Assembly: GCA_003427395.1 (NCBI GenBank)
Contig: BFEA01000006.1
Span: 7,504,213 to 7,562,662 of the forward strand
DNA length: 58,450 nucleotides
Direction of reading: 5' to 3'
Source: Chara braunii
Lineage: Eukaryota; Plantae; Charophyceae
Both the position numbers and the translations under genes were made by a program. Shown in pieces: positions 27,058 through 38,325 of the stretch (position 1 is its first letter; each line of letters starts with the position of its first letter). A model generated the notes under the pieces. The model did no database searches, had not been told where the DNA came from, and saw nothing but the letters and a program-made list of their open reading frames with translations.

Positions 27058-27477
27058 TAGTCGACTGATGATGAGTCGCGCTTGGGACCTCAGCCCCCCT
27101 AAGGCATCGGTTCGCGTGCGGGTCTGATAGAGGGGTAAAACCGCGCATACCCCCTGTGCTACAGCGAACGAGAAACACCCTCGGTTGGTCCACCTTTGCG
27201 ATTGCAACTGATTAGCTTTCGTATTGTGGACCTAAAGCTCGACGGGGATACGCCCAGCGAAGGGAGGTGACAACTCCCGTAAGGTGGAGGTAAGGCGTGC
27301 CTCGCGTGGGCCCATCCTTTCGTAGGGGCTCGCGAGAGGTATTGCTAATGCACTCGGCCTAAGCGACTTGCGGAAACTCCATGTGCATATCACGACGAGG
27401 AATAAAGCAACTCCTGTGTGACGTGGCTGGGAGGGTCCCGCCCTGTTTTGTGCGGTGCCTGATCGATGCGCTCGACA

Positions 27478-28745
27478 ACGTAGAATTATGAAATCCCGGA
27501 GTCTATTTTCGGTAATGAAACCCTGAATACACCTCGAGATATAATATAGAAGTGACTAAGTAGAATTCCAAAATCCCGGAGTCTATTTTCGGTAACGAAA
27601 CCCCAAATGCACCTCGAGATATAAATCTAGAAGTGACTAAGTAGAATCCCGAAATCCTGGAGTTTATTTTCGGTAACGAAACCCCGAATGCACCTCAAGA
27701 TATAAATCTAGAAGTGACTAAGTAGAATCCCGAAATCCGAGGTCTATTTTCGGTAACAAAACCCCGAACGCACCTCAAGATATAGAAGTGACGAAGTAGA
27801 ATCCTGAAATCCCGGAGTCTATTGTCGGTAACGAAACCCCGAATGCACCCCGAGATCTGAATTTAGAAGTGACTAAGTAGAATTCTGAAATCCCAATTCT
27901 ATTTTCGGTAACGAAACCCCGAATGCACCCCGAGATATAAATCTAGAAAGTGACTAAGTAGAATCCCAAAATCCCAGAGTCTATTTTTGGTAATAAAACC
28001 CTCTAATGCACCCCGGGATATAAATCTAGAAGTGACTAACTAGAACCCCGAAAAGTCGGAATCTATTTTCGGTAACGAAACCCCGAATGCACCTCGAGAT
28101 ATAAATCTAGAAGTGACTAAGTAGAATCCCGAAATCCCGGAGTCTATTTTCGGTAACGAAGCCCCAAATTCCCCTCGAGATATAAATCTAGAAGTGACCA
28201 AGTCGAATCTCGAAATCCCGGAGTCTATTTTCGGTAATGAAACCCCGAATGCACCTGGATATATAAATCTAGAAGTGACTAAGTAAAATCTCGAAATTCC
28301 GAAGTCTATTTTCAGTAACAAACTTCGAATGGACCTTGTGAAATAAATCTAGAAGTGACTACGTACAATCCTGAAATCCTGGAGTCTATTTTTGGTAACG
28401 AAACCCCAAATCCACCCCGGATATAAATTTAGAAGTGACTAAGTAAAATCTCAAAATCATGGAGTTTATTTTCGGTAACGAAACCCCGAATGCACCTCGA
28501 GATATAAATCTAGAAGTGACTAAGTAGAATCCGGTAACGAAGCTCCGAATGCACCTCGAGATATAAATCTAGAAGTGACTAAGTAGAATCCCGAAATCCC
28601 GGAGTCTATTTTCGATAATGAAACCCCGAATGCACCTCGAGATATAAATCAAGAAGTGACTAAGTAGAATCCCGAGATCCCGGAGTCTATTTTTGGTAAC
28701 GAAACTCTGAATGCACCTCGAGAAATAAATCTAGAAGTAACTGAG
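27478..28745. repeat. 81-bp tandem satellite, ~16 units
   Basis: Unit ctagaagtgactaagtagaatcccgaaatcccggagtctattttcggtaacgaaaccccgaatgcacctcgagatataaat; ORF 28040..28321 shows 27-aa periodicity. Confidence 0.97.
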
Positions 28746-28889
28746 TAAACATTTGCCGAAGTGCATTAGAGATACATTATATTTCATAAAATATATAGCA
28801 TTCATTAACCACTTCTCCCCAATCTCGAGCTCGGTCGTGGATGTGTTTGACGAGGTGTTGCTCAGATCTATTTGTCTACAAACTTGAAG

Positions 28890-29306
28890 TCGTGGTCTGG
28901 AGCCACTTCTCACGCCGAATACCCTGATTTCGCACAAATTGTTTGAATGCAGGGAGAAACACGTCCATATTCTCAATCGTCAGGCGGATAGGCAACCTGT
29001 CAGGTCCTAGAGGAGATGGCTCAGCGCGTGCATCCTCACCTCAACCTCCTTCCGCGTCTGCGCCTCTCTCTTGATCCGCACAATTGACTCCTTAAACCTC
29101 TCCAAGACCTCGTATCATCTCCGAAACTGTCTACCCCATTGCCACTGTGTGGCTCGAGAAATCATTGAGGAAGAGCTCAATATCTCCATCATCATAGATT
29201 GGTGTATGCTCTATCCTGAATGACCCTCGCTGCCCCTCGCCTCCTGTGGCCCAAAGGTCGCCTCTCCCGTCCACCTCTTGGAATGGTTGTCTTCGAAAAG
29301 TCAGAC
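28890..29306 (-). pseudogene. Decayed capsid/gag-like ORF downstream of integrase
   Basis: Stitched frames read GSFRIEHTPIYDDGDIELFLNDFSSHTVAMG*TVSEMIR / ERFKESIVRIKREAQTRKEVEVRMHAL / PSPLGPDRLPIRLTIENMDVFLPAFKQFVRNQGIRREKW; preceded by acceptor-like tttccctcacttgtttgtgcAG. Confidence 0.55.
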
Positions 29307-29544
29307 CTGCACAAACAAGTGAGGGAAACGACAAACGCACAAGGGGGTAAGCAAAAATAAAAGCATACTAAGGTTAGCAACATACAACCAGTTCATGTCC
29401 TTAGACATACCAAACATCACCTCTATATACCAAATAAACAGGACGCTTGTAACCACTCTCACAAGACATTTCCATTCTAGAGCTATTAGTGCTATCTTAT
29501 TAACCAAAGAAACCATTTCTCCTTTTTGAAGCCCTATCTTCATC

Positions 29545-30057
29545 TCACCTCTTCGTGTGCCACAAACTTTTTCGGCTTTGATCACAATACCCACTCTTTC
29601 TATTTTGTCTCATCCAACTCCTCAATCTAATAGGCCCTAAAATCTTCACATTCTACGATTTTGTATGGACCCAACCCACCTTTTGTCGAGTTTCCTCGAC
29701 CACTGCTTCTCCAATGAGGAATCGTACATCAAGATCACGTCCCCCACTGCCAAGGGTTCCTTTCGTATGCGCAGCATTGATCCCAACGGATCTTGTCATC
29801 CGTGCGATTTTTCTGTAATCGGTTCGACACCTCTCGAACCTTTTGTTCGATAGCTCCCACTTGTCGAGCCTCGATATCGAGTAACTCTTCAAACGATAGG
29901 TTTGTCTCGAGATCATGGCGCCTCCAGGTCTGCAAGAAGCTTTTTATGTGAAAGGTTGCATATCGTCCATACCATAATGTGGTTGGTGCATACTTAGCCG
30001 TCCTTTTGACAGTAATATTTTCTACGAAAAATGCAGTCCGTAGATATCTTGGTAGAG
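29545..30057 (-). pseudogene. Ty3/Gypsy integrase C-terminal fragment with GPY/F module, frameshifted
   Basis: PRYLRTAFFVENITVKRTAKYAPTTLWYGR...LSFEELLDIEARQ / RKEPLAVGDVILMYDSSLEKQWSRKLDKRW / LGPYKIVECEDFRAY*IEELD..KKFVA; the GD-V...W-GPY-I...Y pattern is the GPY/F module. Confidence 0.85.
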
Positions 30058-33000
30058 CTCGCAAACTCCTGTTTTTTCTACAGCCATGCCCGACCCATAT
30101 TGGACCTCCATAATATTTGGCAATCGTAGCCATCCAAAACTGCTGTTTAAAAATCCCCACAACCTGACCCAGCCGCAGCTGCTGCGCCTAATTTGAGCGT
30201 ACAAACCTGGGCCTACCCACACTGTCGGTGCGAATACCCTTACAAGGGTATCCGCCGTGGTTTTTGCAAATGCCAGAAAATAAGTTAGATGAAAGTTTGA
30301 GCATGTGATGCGAGTCGGGGCAGTGTCTGTAAATTACGTTGATTGGATGATTGACTAGGATAAAAAGTGTGTGGGTGCGCGGGTTTGAGGCGCGCGTGAT
30401 CTTTTATTTTTGGTTGATGATTGTGAAAGTCGGCGTAATTGCCGACCAGATTTTATTTCCTCTGATTAAACAGGGATTAAAAAGATTTTATCTTGTTGAT
30501 TGATGTGCTTGCTTGTGACGCATGCGCACGTGAGGAGAACGACATCGACAACAAGGAGGCTTTGAAGTGTTTTTGGTAGACCGGTGCGTTGCGCGGTGTC
30601 CGTTTGTTTAGGCGTTCGCTGGAGTTAGACCCAGACTTGGGCCTAACACTATTAATTACGGTGTCAGACTTCTATCTGAGATTTAGGGATCGAGGTCGAG
30701 CGGCAGCAACGCAGGAATATCAGAATAGCGCGAAGGGACTGAGGGGTTGAGGGCCCGACGGGGCTATCCCCCTTGGTTTTGCCATCGGCAACGTTAGGAG
30801 GGTGCTAACATTTTCACTCTCCTCGAATTCGTATATTCTGACGTCCGTATTATTATTTATCCTTGCTCCAGCGTCCCGTTGACTTGGACGCAACGCCGAA
30901 CTTAGTGGTCGTCATGGTAATCAGGGGACCTTGAGTATGCACTTCTTTCGACGGGTCGTTCGGGTTCAGAGTGTTTGTGATGTCGGCAAGATACCTGTGC
31001 CTTGCATATCTTGGGACGCGAACTAAGGAGCTCAACGTGCATACGAGCCAGTGAGCGGATTAGCCGTGGGGGGAGTCCGCGGTGGAGGGGTTGGGTGTGA
31101 TTATACCCACGGGACTTTCCTCCGCTTCGGTCCTCAAGGTTCTCATTTGAATAATTGCCACTACCACAAAGACCTGCGTCGGGCCATTTCACATAGGTGG
31201 GGCTTCACGGCTTGTTATGAGAGGCCTGAGTGGGACTTACCTGTTGCAGGGCCGAAGGGGTGGCGGGCCCAGCTTGGAGGAAAGAGGGAAAGAAAAATAG
31301 GAGTGTCGAAGTAGCGAGCGCAGAGGAGAGGGGGAACGGGTCGGACGCCCGTCAGTGTGAAGCGCGGCGGGGCGGGGTAGACAAACACAACAGTGCTAGT
31401 GAGTAGGAGCGACAGGCAGTGAGGCTGGTCGGGCGGCGCTGTGCAGCAGCGAGGCGGAACGCTGAGACAGGGCCGACGGGCGGGCCACTGTGGGGCGCTG
31501 TCGAGGCGAGAAAGGACGAATGAACCTGACGGGGTTTTGCGCTTGGTACGAAGGAAGTCGGGGATGGTGAGAAACGAAGCCCGAGAGGGAGAACGGGCCC
31601 TTGCGACTACTAGGGCGCTGCGCTATTAGCAGTAGGCGGGACAAGCAGTGAAGTGACGGGGAAAGGTGAGTGATGAAAACGATGGAGTGAACCCGGCGCC
31701 GATTCTCGCCAGGTACATTTTGAGTGGTGATGGCGGAAGATTAGTCAGGCGCAACCATAGTTGTCCTATTTACTCGATTCTTTGAGGAATCAGGCGGGTA
31801 AAGAGGCGAGTCTGGGGCTTTGAGGGCGGGTGAACACGACCGTGAAAGCGGATTAGGAAGAAAGTTTGTAACATAAGAGTGAGATAGAGAAAGGGGTGCG
31901 CCGGGATATGGCGGAGAGGGAGGAAGATGGGAGTGAAAACTTTGAATCTCGCTCGATCCTCGACGGATTCGAGCGGGGTAAGTTGCGAACTTGGGGTTCT
32001 CGCACCGGGCGACTTGCATAACGGGGTTAGGTTTGGAGGTAGGTTAGAAAGATAGATGATAGAGAAGAAAGAGTGTGCACGGATATGGCCGGAGGGAGCG
32101 GAGAAGCAAAGGGGTGGGAGTAGCACAACTCGCTCGTTTCTAAACGAAAACGAGCGAGTAAAGGTTCAATTTCTGGGTTTTTGGATAGGGCGAGTTTGAT
32201 GGTAATATTAGTTTTGGGGTTAGTTGAGTAGAATTAGTATTAGCTGAGGGAGACATTGCGAGGAGAATGGCGGGAGAGTGAGAAGGAGAGGTTGCATGTC
32301 AATTGAGAAGCTTGGGTGAAGAGAGGATGTAGATGAGGGGATTCAAGATCGGGCGAGCTAACTGGTGAAGGAAGATTAGGAGTTGGAGTGAGTAAACTTG
32401 AAGTACGAAGTGGAGTGGTCTGCGGGGTTGCGAGCTACGTGAAAAAAGGGGGGGGGGGCACTTCGGACTGGTAATATATTTGTCCGTGTTGTAGTGGAAG
32501 ATTCATTCGATTTTGCCCGTAGTTGCAGCGGGAGGCTGGCCGAAAAGTTGGAGACTTACCTGTGAATTGATGCGTGGCCCAACCTTGTGATGGAAGTAGA
32601 ACCTCTCTATCTCATTTTCGTGCATGCATCTAGTTGGTTTTATTGGAAGAATCATCCAGGTTTGGCTGGTTTTGCCATCAGAGGCAGCGCGGGGCTAACA
32701 GCGGGGTTGGACAGTCGTAAGGTCGGGGACTTACAAGTGGGCAGGTGCATGCTAAACAGAGGAAGGAGGAGTGGTCATACCTGGCCCTGCGAAGGTCTGA
32801 TTACGACGGCGATATAACAAGTGATTGGTACATGAATGTATCTTTCCACATTCTAGTGGAAGATACAGTCCAACTTCACTTTTTCTAATCAGCCGAAGTA
32901 GCCTCCGGCCAGCTGCGGGGCCGGAGTCATACTTGTTGGCCGACGCACACCTTCGGGAGAGTCAGTCGGCTTTGCCCAAATCGAAACAGCTCTGCTCCAC

Positions 33001-34074
33001 TCGTCCACAGGGAAGGCAGCGAGAGGCGGGCCATACATGGCAGGCTTGCCTGCTGACTGAAGTAGCGGGCGACCGAAGCTTGAGCCACGCTATCATGACC
33101 AGCGCCGGTACGCACTTCGTTTGATTCTGCTGGTTGCGACGGTCGGCTACGGTCAACTACAGGCTACCACAGATCTGTTGATGACTGCACTACTTCTGCT
33201 CACTATTACACTAAGCTTATTGTTGTGCCATCTTCATTTGCTGCGTATTCGTGTTAGTGGCCACAGCCGGTTTTTTAGTACACCCGACCGTTGCTCGATC
33301 AGCCGGGGTCGCGCTGCTACCTCACTGCGGGGAGGGAGAATACTATTTTTTTGACCCACAGGCCGTGTCTTCAGCCGCGGCCAGCGCATTTCGGGCCACG
33401 AAGCTCTGGGGAATGACGGCGTCTTGTTGAGGGGATAGATGATGCAGTTGTGGAAGGACGTCAAGGAATTCAGTACCGCGAATCGGAGAATCGTCAGAGT
33501 GTTGACTTCGGCAGGTTGGCTTCAGTTTGACCAGACTACGGCGCACTTTTGCTATCATTGCGGGGCCCTCAGGCAAATCCAGGAATCAAGGCCCTCTCGC
33601 GCGAGTCTGAGAGCACCCTTCGTGGATCTGAGAGTCTCAAACCTACCTCATTCTGTCCTTCTCATTCTAAGTCTAGTCCTGATCTGAGAGGAAGGCGACA
33701 GGCGGGATTGCGACCCGTAGGACCGCAATAAGACTCTATGGGGAGTCATCCCACCGATTGAGGGAGCTCTGCCGGAACTTAGGAGGAGTTTTGGAGGCAG
33801 AGAACTGAAAGGTAACCATTGCTTCCCCTCTAAAAACCCAGATTATAGCCTTATCTGTACTACCTATTGTGTTTTGACTGAGTATGTTGCATGTATCCTA
33901 CTTTGACTTTTTGACTTTCATGATAAAACCAGATTAAGTAAAGGAATGTGAGAAGAATTTCAGTTTCAGTTTTGTTGATTGTATGAAAGCAGATTGTAAA
34001 AAGGGAATGCATCTGGGGGAAGGATTAGAGAAAGGAAGGTTTTGCGTGAGGGTTGACTGGGTCAATCGAGACTG

Positions 34075-34940
34075 GGAAGTCCCCATAAGTTTGGGGAGAT
34101 TCAGTGCTATGTTTATTTTGGATTGTGTGGAGCATCAGACTATTTTATAAGTTTAGGTGGTCTGATTGCTCTGAAGGTTGGGAAGTCCCCATAAGTTTAG
34201 GGAGACCTAGTACTGTGGATTTGCATTGAGAATCAGATCATTCTATAAGTTTAGGTGATCTAGTTGCTCTGACTTGTGAAGGCTAATTGTGGTTGATTTT
34301 TCAGGGACCAAGTGCATTATGTAAGTTCAGGTGCCTTGGTTGCCTTGTTTATTTTGGGTTTTCCTCTGTTTATTTGGTTCTGAACGAGGGGTTCTGAGCC
34401 ATTCGATAAGTTTAGGTAGCTCAGTCTCTTCCTGTTTTATTCTGGGGAAATGAACTTGACAGAGGGCAGACCATTCTATAAGTTTAGGTGGTCTAGCCCA
34501 ATGCCACGCACAGGCAGAGAGCCAGACTGTTCTGTAAGTTCAAGTGGGCTGACTCAAAGTCTCGCACATGTTGGAACCCAAGGGTTATAATTTGACTATA
34601 TTCTATTACTATTTTTACCTATGAACAGGCTAGTCAGGGTCCCATAAGTTTGGGTGGCCTGACTATAGCATATCACAAACTGAAGAGATTATTAATTAAT
34701 AGTATAACTGAGGGTAACTTGAGTCGGCTGAGCATTGTTTCTAAGATGAATGAATCAGCCATACACTCACTTTGAAGATTAAGTTCAAAGAGGTATATAC
34801 AACTTGGCTATTTAAACAGTTCAGAGCGACTAGAACGACCTAGTCATGTGCCCAAAAGAAAAGAAAAATAGTTGTGCCCTCTGTTCTGTGTATACTTAAT
34901 GGCTGGGTCAGCATGTCCCATAAGCTTGGGTGACCTGACT
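34075..34940 (+). other. Short-hairpin array in LTR C (~11 units, core YATAAGTTTRGGTGG)
   Basis: Examples: atcagac...gtctgat, ctgagc...gctcag, tagtcagg...cctgacta, accaag...cttggt; one A-type unit at ~34732. Confidence 0.85.
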
Positions 34941-35224
34941 CTACGCCTTATGTAAGCTGGGTATAAAGGGATAAATCATTGAAAGACTATGAATTATTGT
35001 TTGCTAAGTTGACTTTGGGGATCGTGAAAGTACTTACCATTGTGGTATGACCTGCATGTGGCTAAGTGAGACCTCTACTTAGTCTAAGTTTCAGTTTGAC
35101 AGGTAGTTGCTTTAGTTGCTCGCCACGTGCTAGAGCGATAGGAGTTAGTTCAATTTCTGCATTTTTTAAGCTAACTTTATTTTTATTTAGGTCAATTTTT
35201 GCATTTTCTGTGATCTTTTGTCAT

Positions 35225-35545
35225 ACTTGGCTTTGTATAAATTTTGGTAACTACTTTCTCTACGGGAAGCGCTGCCGAAATTTTTGCAAATCCAAGGAGT
35301 TGGTCATATTTTGACTTTTCAAAGTTCAACTTGTCTAAAGTTTATATATGGCTTAGTAAAAATCTGGAAAGTCTCATTTTCTAAAAGGAGTGCTGCCCAA
35401 ATTTTTGCTAATTCAGAGAGTTAGACAAAATTGGACTCTGAAAAGTTGAAAACTATTTCTGTTTTCATATTCGGGCTGGTATAAATTTTGGAAAGACACT
35501 TTTCCTACGGGAAGCGCTGCCGAATTTTTCTTAGTTTAAAGGAGA
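35225..35545 (+). repeat. ~120-bp long-hairpin array in LTR C (3 units)
   Basis: Same units as in A/B/D, one dimer shorter. Confidence 0.9.
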
Positions 35546-38189
35546 TAGGTTATATTTTGACAGGTGACAATTCTGGCGATCCACCCAGTGTAGGGGTGCT
35601 TATGCCAATATCTACCTTTGCTTTGGGCACTGCTTAGCGGTAGATTCAGGCTTAGTCAATTAGGATGATTTGAGTGAGATCGAGATATGGAGATTATTCT
35701 CTATGGACTTATAGATTTAGCCTTGGGGATTGGCATGTCATGTGCTACAGGTCCTCTTGATCGATTGATTCAGGATTTGAGTTAGATTCAGCTTGATCCT
35801 ACGAGGATCATCTTCTGTTATCACTGATAACAGGTCGGTTGCCGATTCGTCGGTTCACGATTCAACTTCAATCCACTCTTGTCACTCAACCTAAAGGTTT
35901 TAGCCCTGTATTGTGTTTTTACCCGGACTTTATTGAATGACCATTTAACAAAGATACTGAGTATTTTATTGCTGGGAGGGTGCGTTAAGGTTGAGGTTTG
36001 TATGACTAAAGCAAAGGGTATGAGGGCAGAGAATGGTTAAAGTTGACCCTGTGTAGTGAGTTGACTTTTGTTGGATCTTTGATGTAATTGCACGTGTGTT
36101 TGTGGTTCGGAATTTGGATATGGCTGTCTATGATCACATATATATGGTTGAGAGGAGTCTCACTGTGACTGTGAAAAGTGATCGTCCTATATTAATGATC
36201 CTTATTCATATATATATATATACATATATATATATACATATATATATATATATTTATGGCTTGGGTGTTTCGTGCAACTTACTGTGACCATGCGTAAAGG
36301 TTAAACAAATTATATTCTTGAGAGAAAAGGGAGATCCCCTTTTATCCCTTTGCTTTTTAGAATTTCTATGGTTGGACGTTATAGTACGTGGCAGCCGTGA
36401 AAGTCAAACCCCTTGACTTCTCCCCAGGCCCTAGATGATGGAGTTGGTCTCCATGGCAATAAGAGACGATTGCCACCACAGGTATGAATCTGTGTACCAC
36501 CCACTCCCCGCAGGGTGCAGAAGAGGGTGTGGTTCTCAACCGCATTTGGCGGTTGTTCAGCTTCGAGAGATTAACCCTCAAGGCGAGTGTTAGCCGACAC
36601 TTGAGTGTCAAATGCGACCCTCGAGACTAACGAGGACCGCATGATTATGGACACTACATAGTACGCCATCCTCGCGACTGCTTGCGCATTCATGCATTGC
36701 GAGTCGATATGAGCTAGCCCTGCGTCCGTGCGGTTTTATACTAAGTCTCGCGCGCGACGCCTATCCGATTTGCGCATCGGAAAGTTATGGGATGACCAGT
36801 AAGGGACTAGGAGTGTTGTCGCGTTGTATGATGTGTGTGTGCGTGTGCGTTTTGTTTTGTGTTCGTTGAGTGGTGTGCGCGTGGTGAGTGGGCTACATCC
36901 TAGTCGACCGACGACAAATCACGCTCGGGATCCTAGCCTCCCAAGTGCATCGGCTCGCGTGCGGGCCCGATAGAGGCATACTACCGCGCGCACCTCCTAT
37001 GCTATAGCGAACGAGAAACGCCCTCGGCTGGCCTACCTCTGCGATTGCACCTGATTGGCTTTCGTATTGTGGACTGGTAGCTCGGCGAGCATACGCCCAT
37101 CGAAGGGAGGTGACAACTCTCGTAAGGTGGAGGTAAGTCGTACCTCTCGTACGCCCTATCCTGTCGTAGGGGCTCGCGAGAGGTATGGATGACGCACTCG
37201 GCCGGAGAGGCTTGTGGAAGCTGCATGTATACTCACGACGAAGGGCTAAAACCTACTTCTGCGTGACGCGGCTGGGAGGGTCCCGTGCTGCCTCGTGCGG
37301 TGCCGGACCGATGCGCTCGACAGCGCCCAGGCCTTTTAAAAAGAGTTGCAACCAGACCTTCCCAGACCTAGACATTAGTTTCATCACATACCCCCGCCCA
37401 GACCTTCAAACATAATCCCACCATCAGAGGGAGAGAGAGAGAGAGAGAGAGGGAATGCAGCAGGGGCAACCTCGGGGCTGTACGGTACCGCCTCTGAGCC
37501 GAGTACCGGTTCCCCTTCGTGCTTCTCCTGTTTCATGGCAGCATAATCGTAAAAAAAAAAAAAAAAAAAAAAAGTAACAAAGAAATAGCGTGGGCATGGT
37601 ATCGCTCTGTCCGTAAGAGATAAACAGCAAGGTCCTCCCATCTATCGATAAATACTCCATACTACAACTTCATTCCTTGCCTTAGTGATGTCAAGATGAC
37701 TCGGTCCATGGTCCCTTCCCTTCTGCTCTTCCCGTGCCTTAGATGACCTAGCTAGCAAAGAGATCCCTCCGCTAAATCTTGTGCCTTAGATCACCTAGCT
37801 AGCAAAGAGATCCCTCCGCTAAATCCTTCAGTTGTCACTTGGTGCATACATGAGGCAGTACATAGTCAATCTGGTCCGCTATATCTGCCAGAATCTTCGA
37901 CTGTCACCTTGTGCACACATCAGGTAATATCTAGTAAATCTGTTTCGCTATTTCTGCCCAGATCCTAGCGTGTACATCAGGTAATATCCAATGAATCTGG
38001 TCCGCTATTCCTGCCAGATCCTTTTCTTCTCCGTGACGAAGTGCATGTAAGCTCCCCTCCCATTCTTCAAAGCCAATGTGAATTCACGGAAATACTCTAC
38101 CTTTCCCGTAAAATGAAACAATAAAATAAACGCCTGTAATAGCCACTCTATCGTTTACCAAACCACCTCGCTCTCCTCTTTCCTCTGAT

Positions 38190-38325
<136 letters not shown>

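Larger units (their letters stand above)
19044..27477 (+). mobile_element. Giant solo LTR copy B (~6.8 kb after removing two nested MITEs)
   Basis: TGTCG...CGACA termini; flanks ATGT/ACGT (4-bp TSD); the satellite reading continues exactly across the insertion. Confidence 0.92.
30223..37322 (+). mobile_element. Giant solo LTR copy C (7100 bp)
   Basis: TGTCG...CGACA termini; flanks ACAC/GCGC (GCGC TSD if the left copy underwent two CpG>CpA changes); colinear with A, B and D. Confidence 0.9.

Noticed and set aside
34075-34940. CRISPR-like appearance (short repeats with unique spacers)
   Set aside because: Eukaryotic LTR context, no cas genes, irregular spacing, and spacers are conserved between LTR copies rather than acquired.
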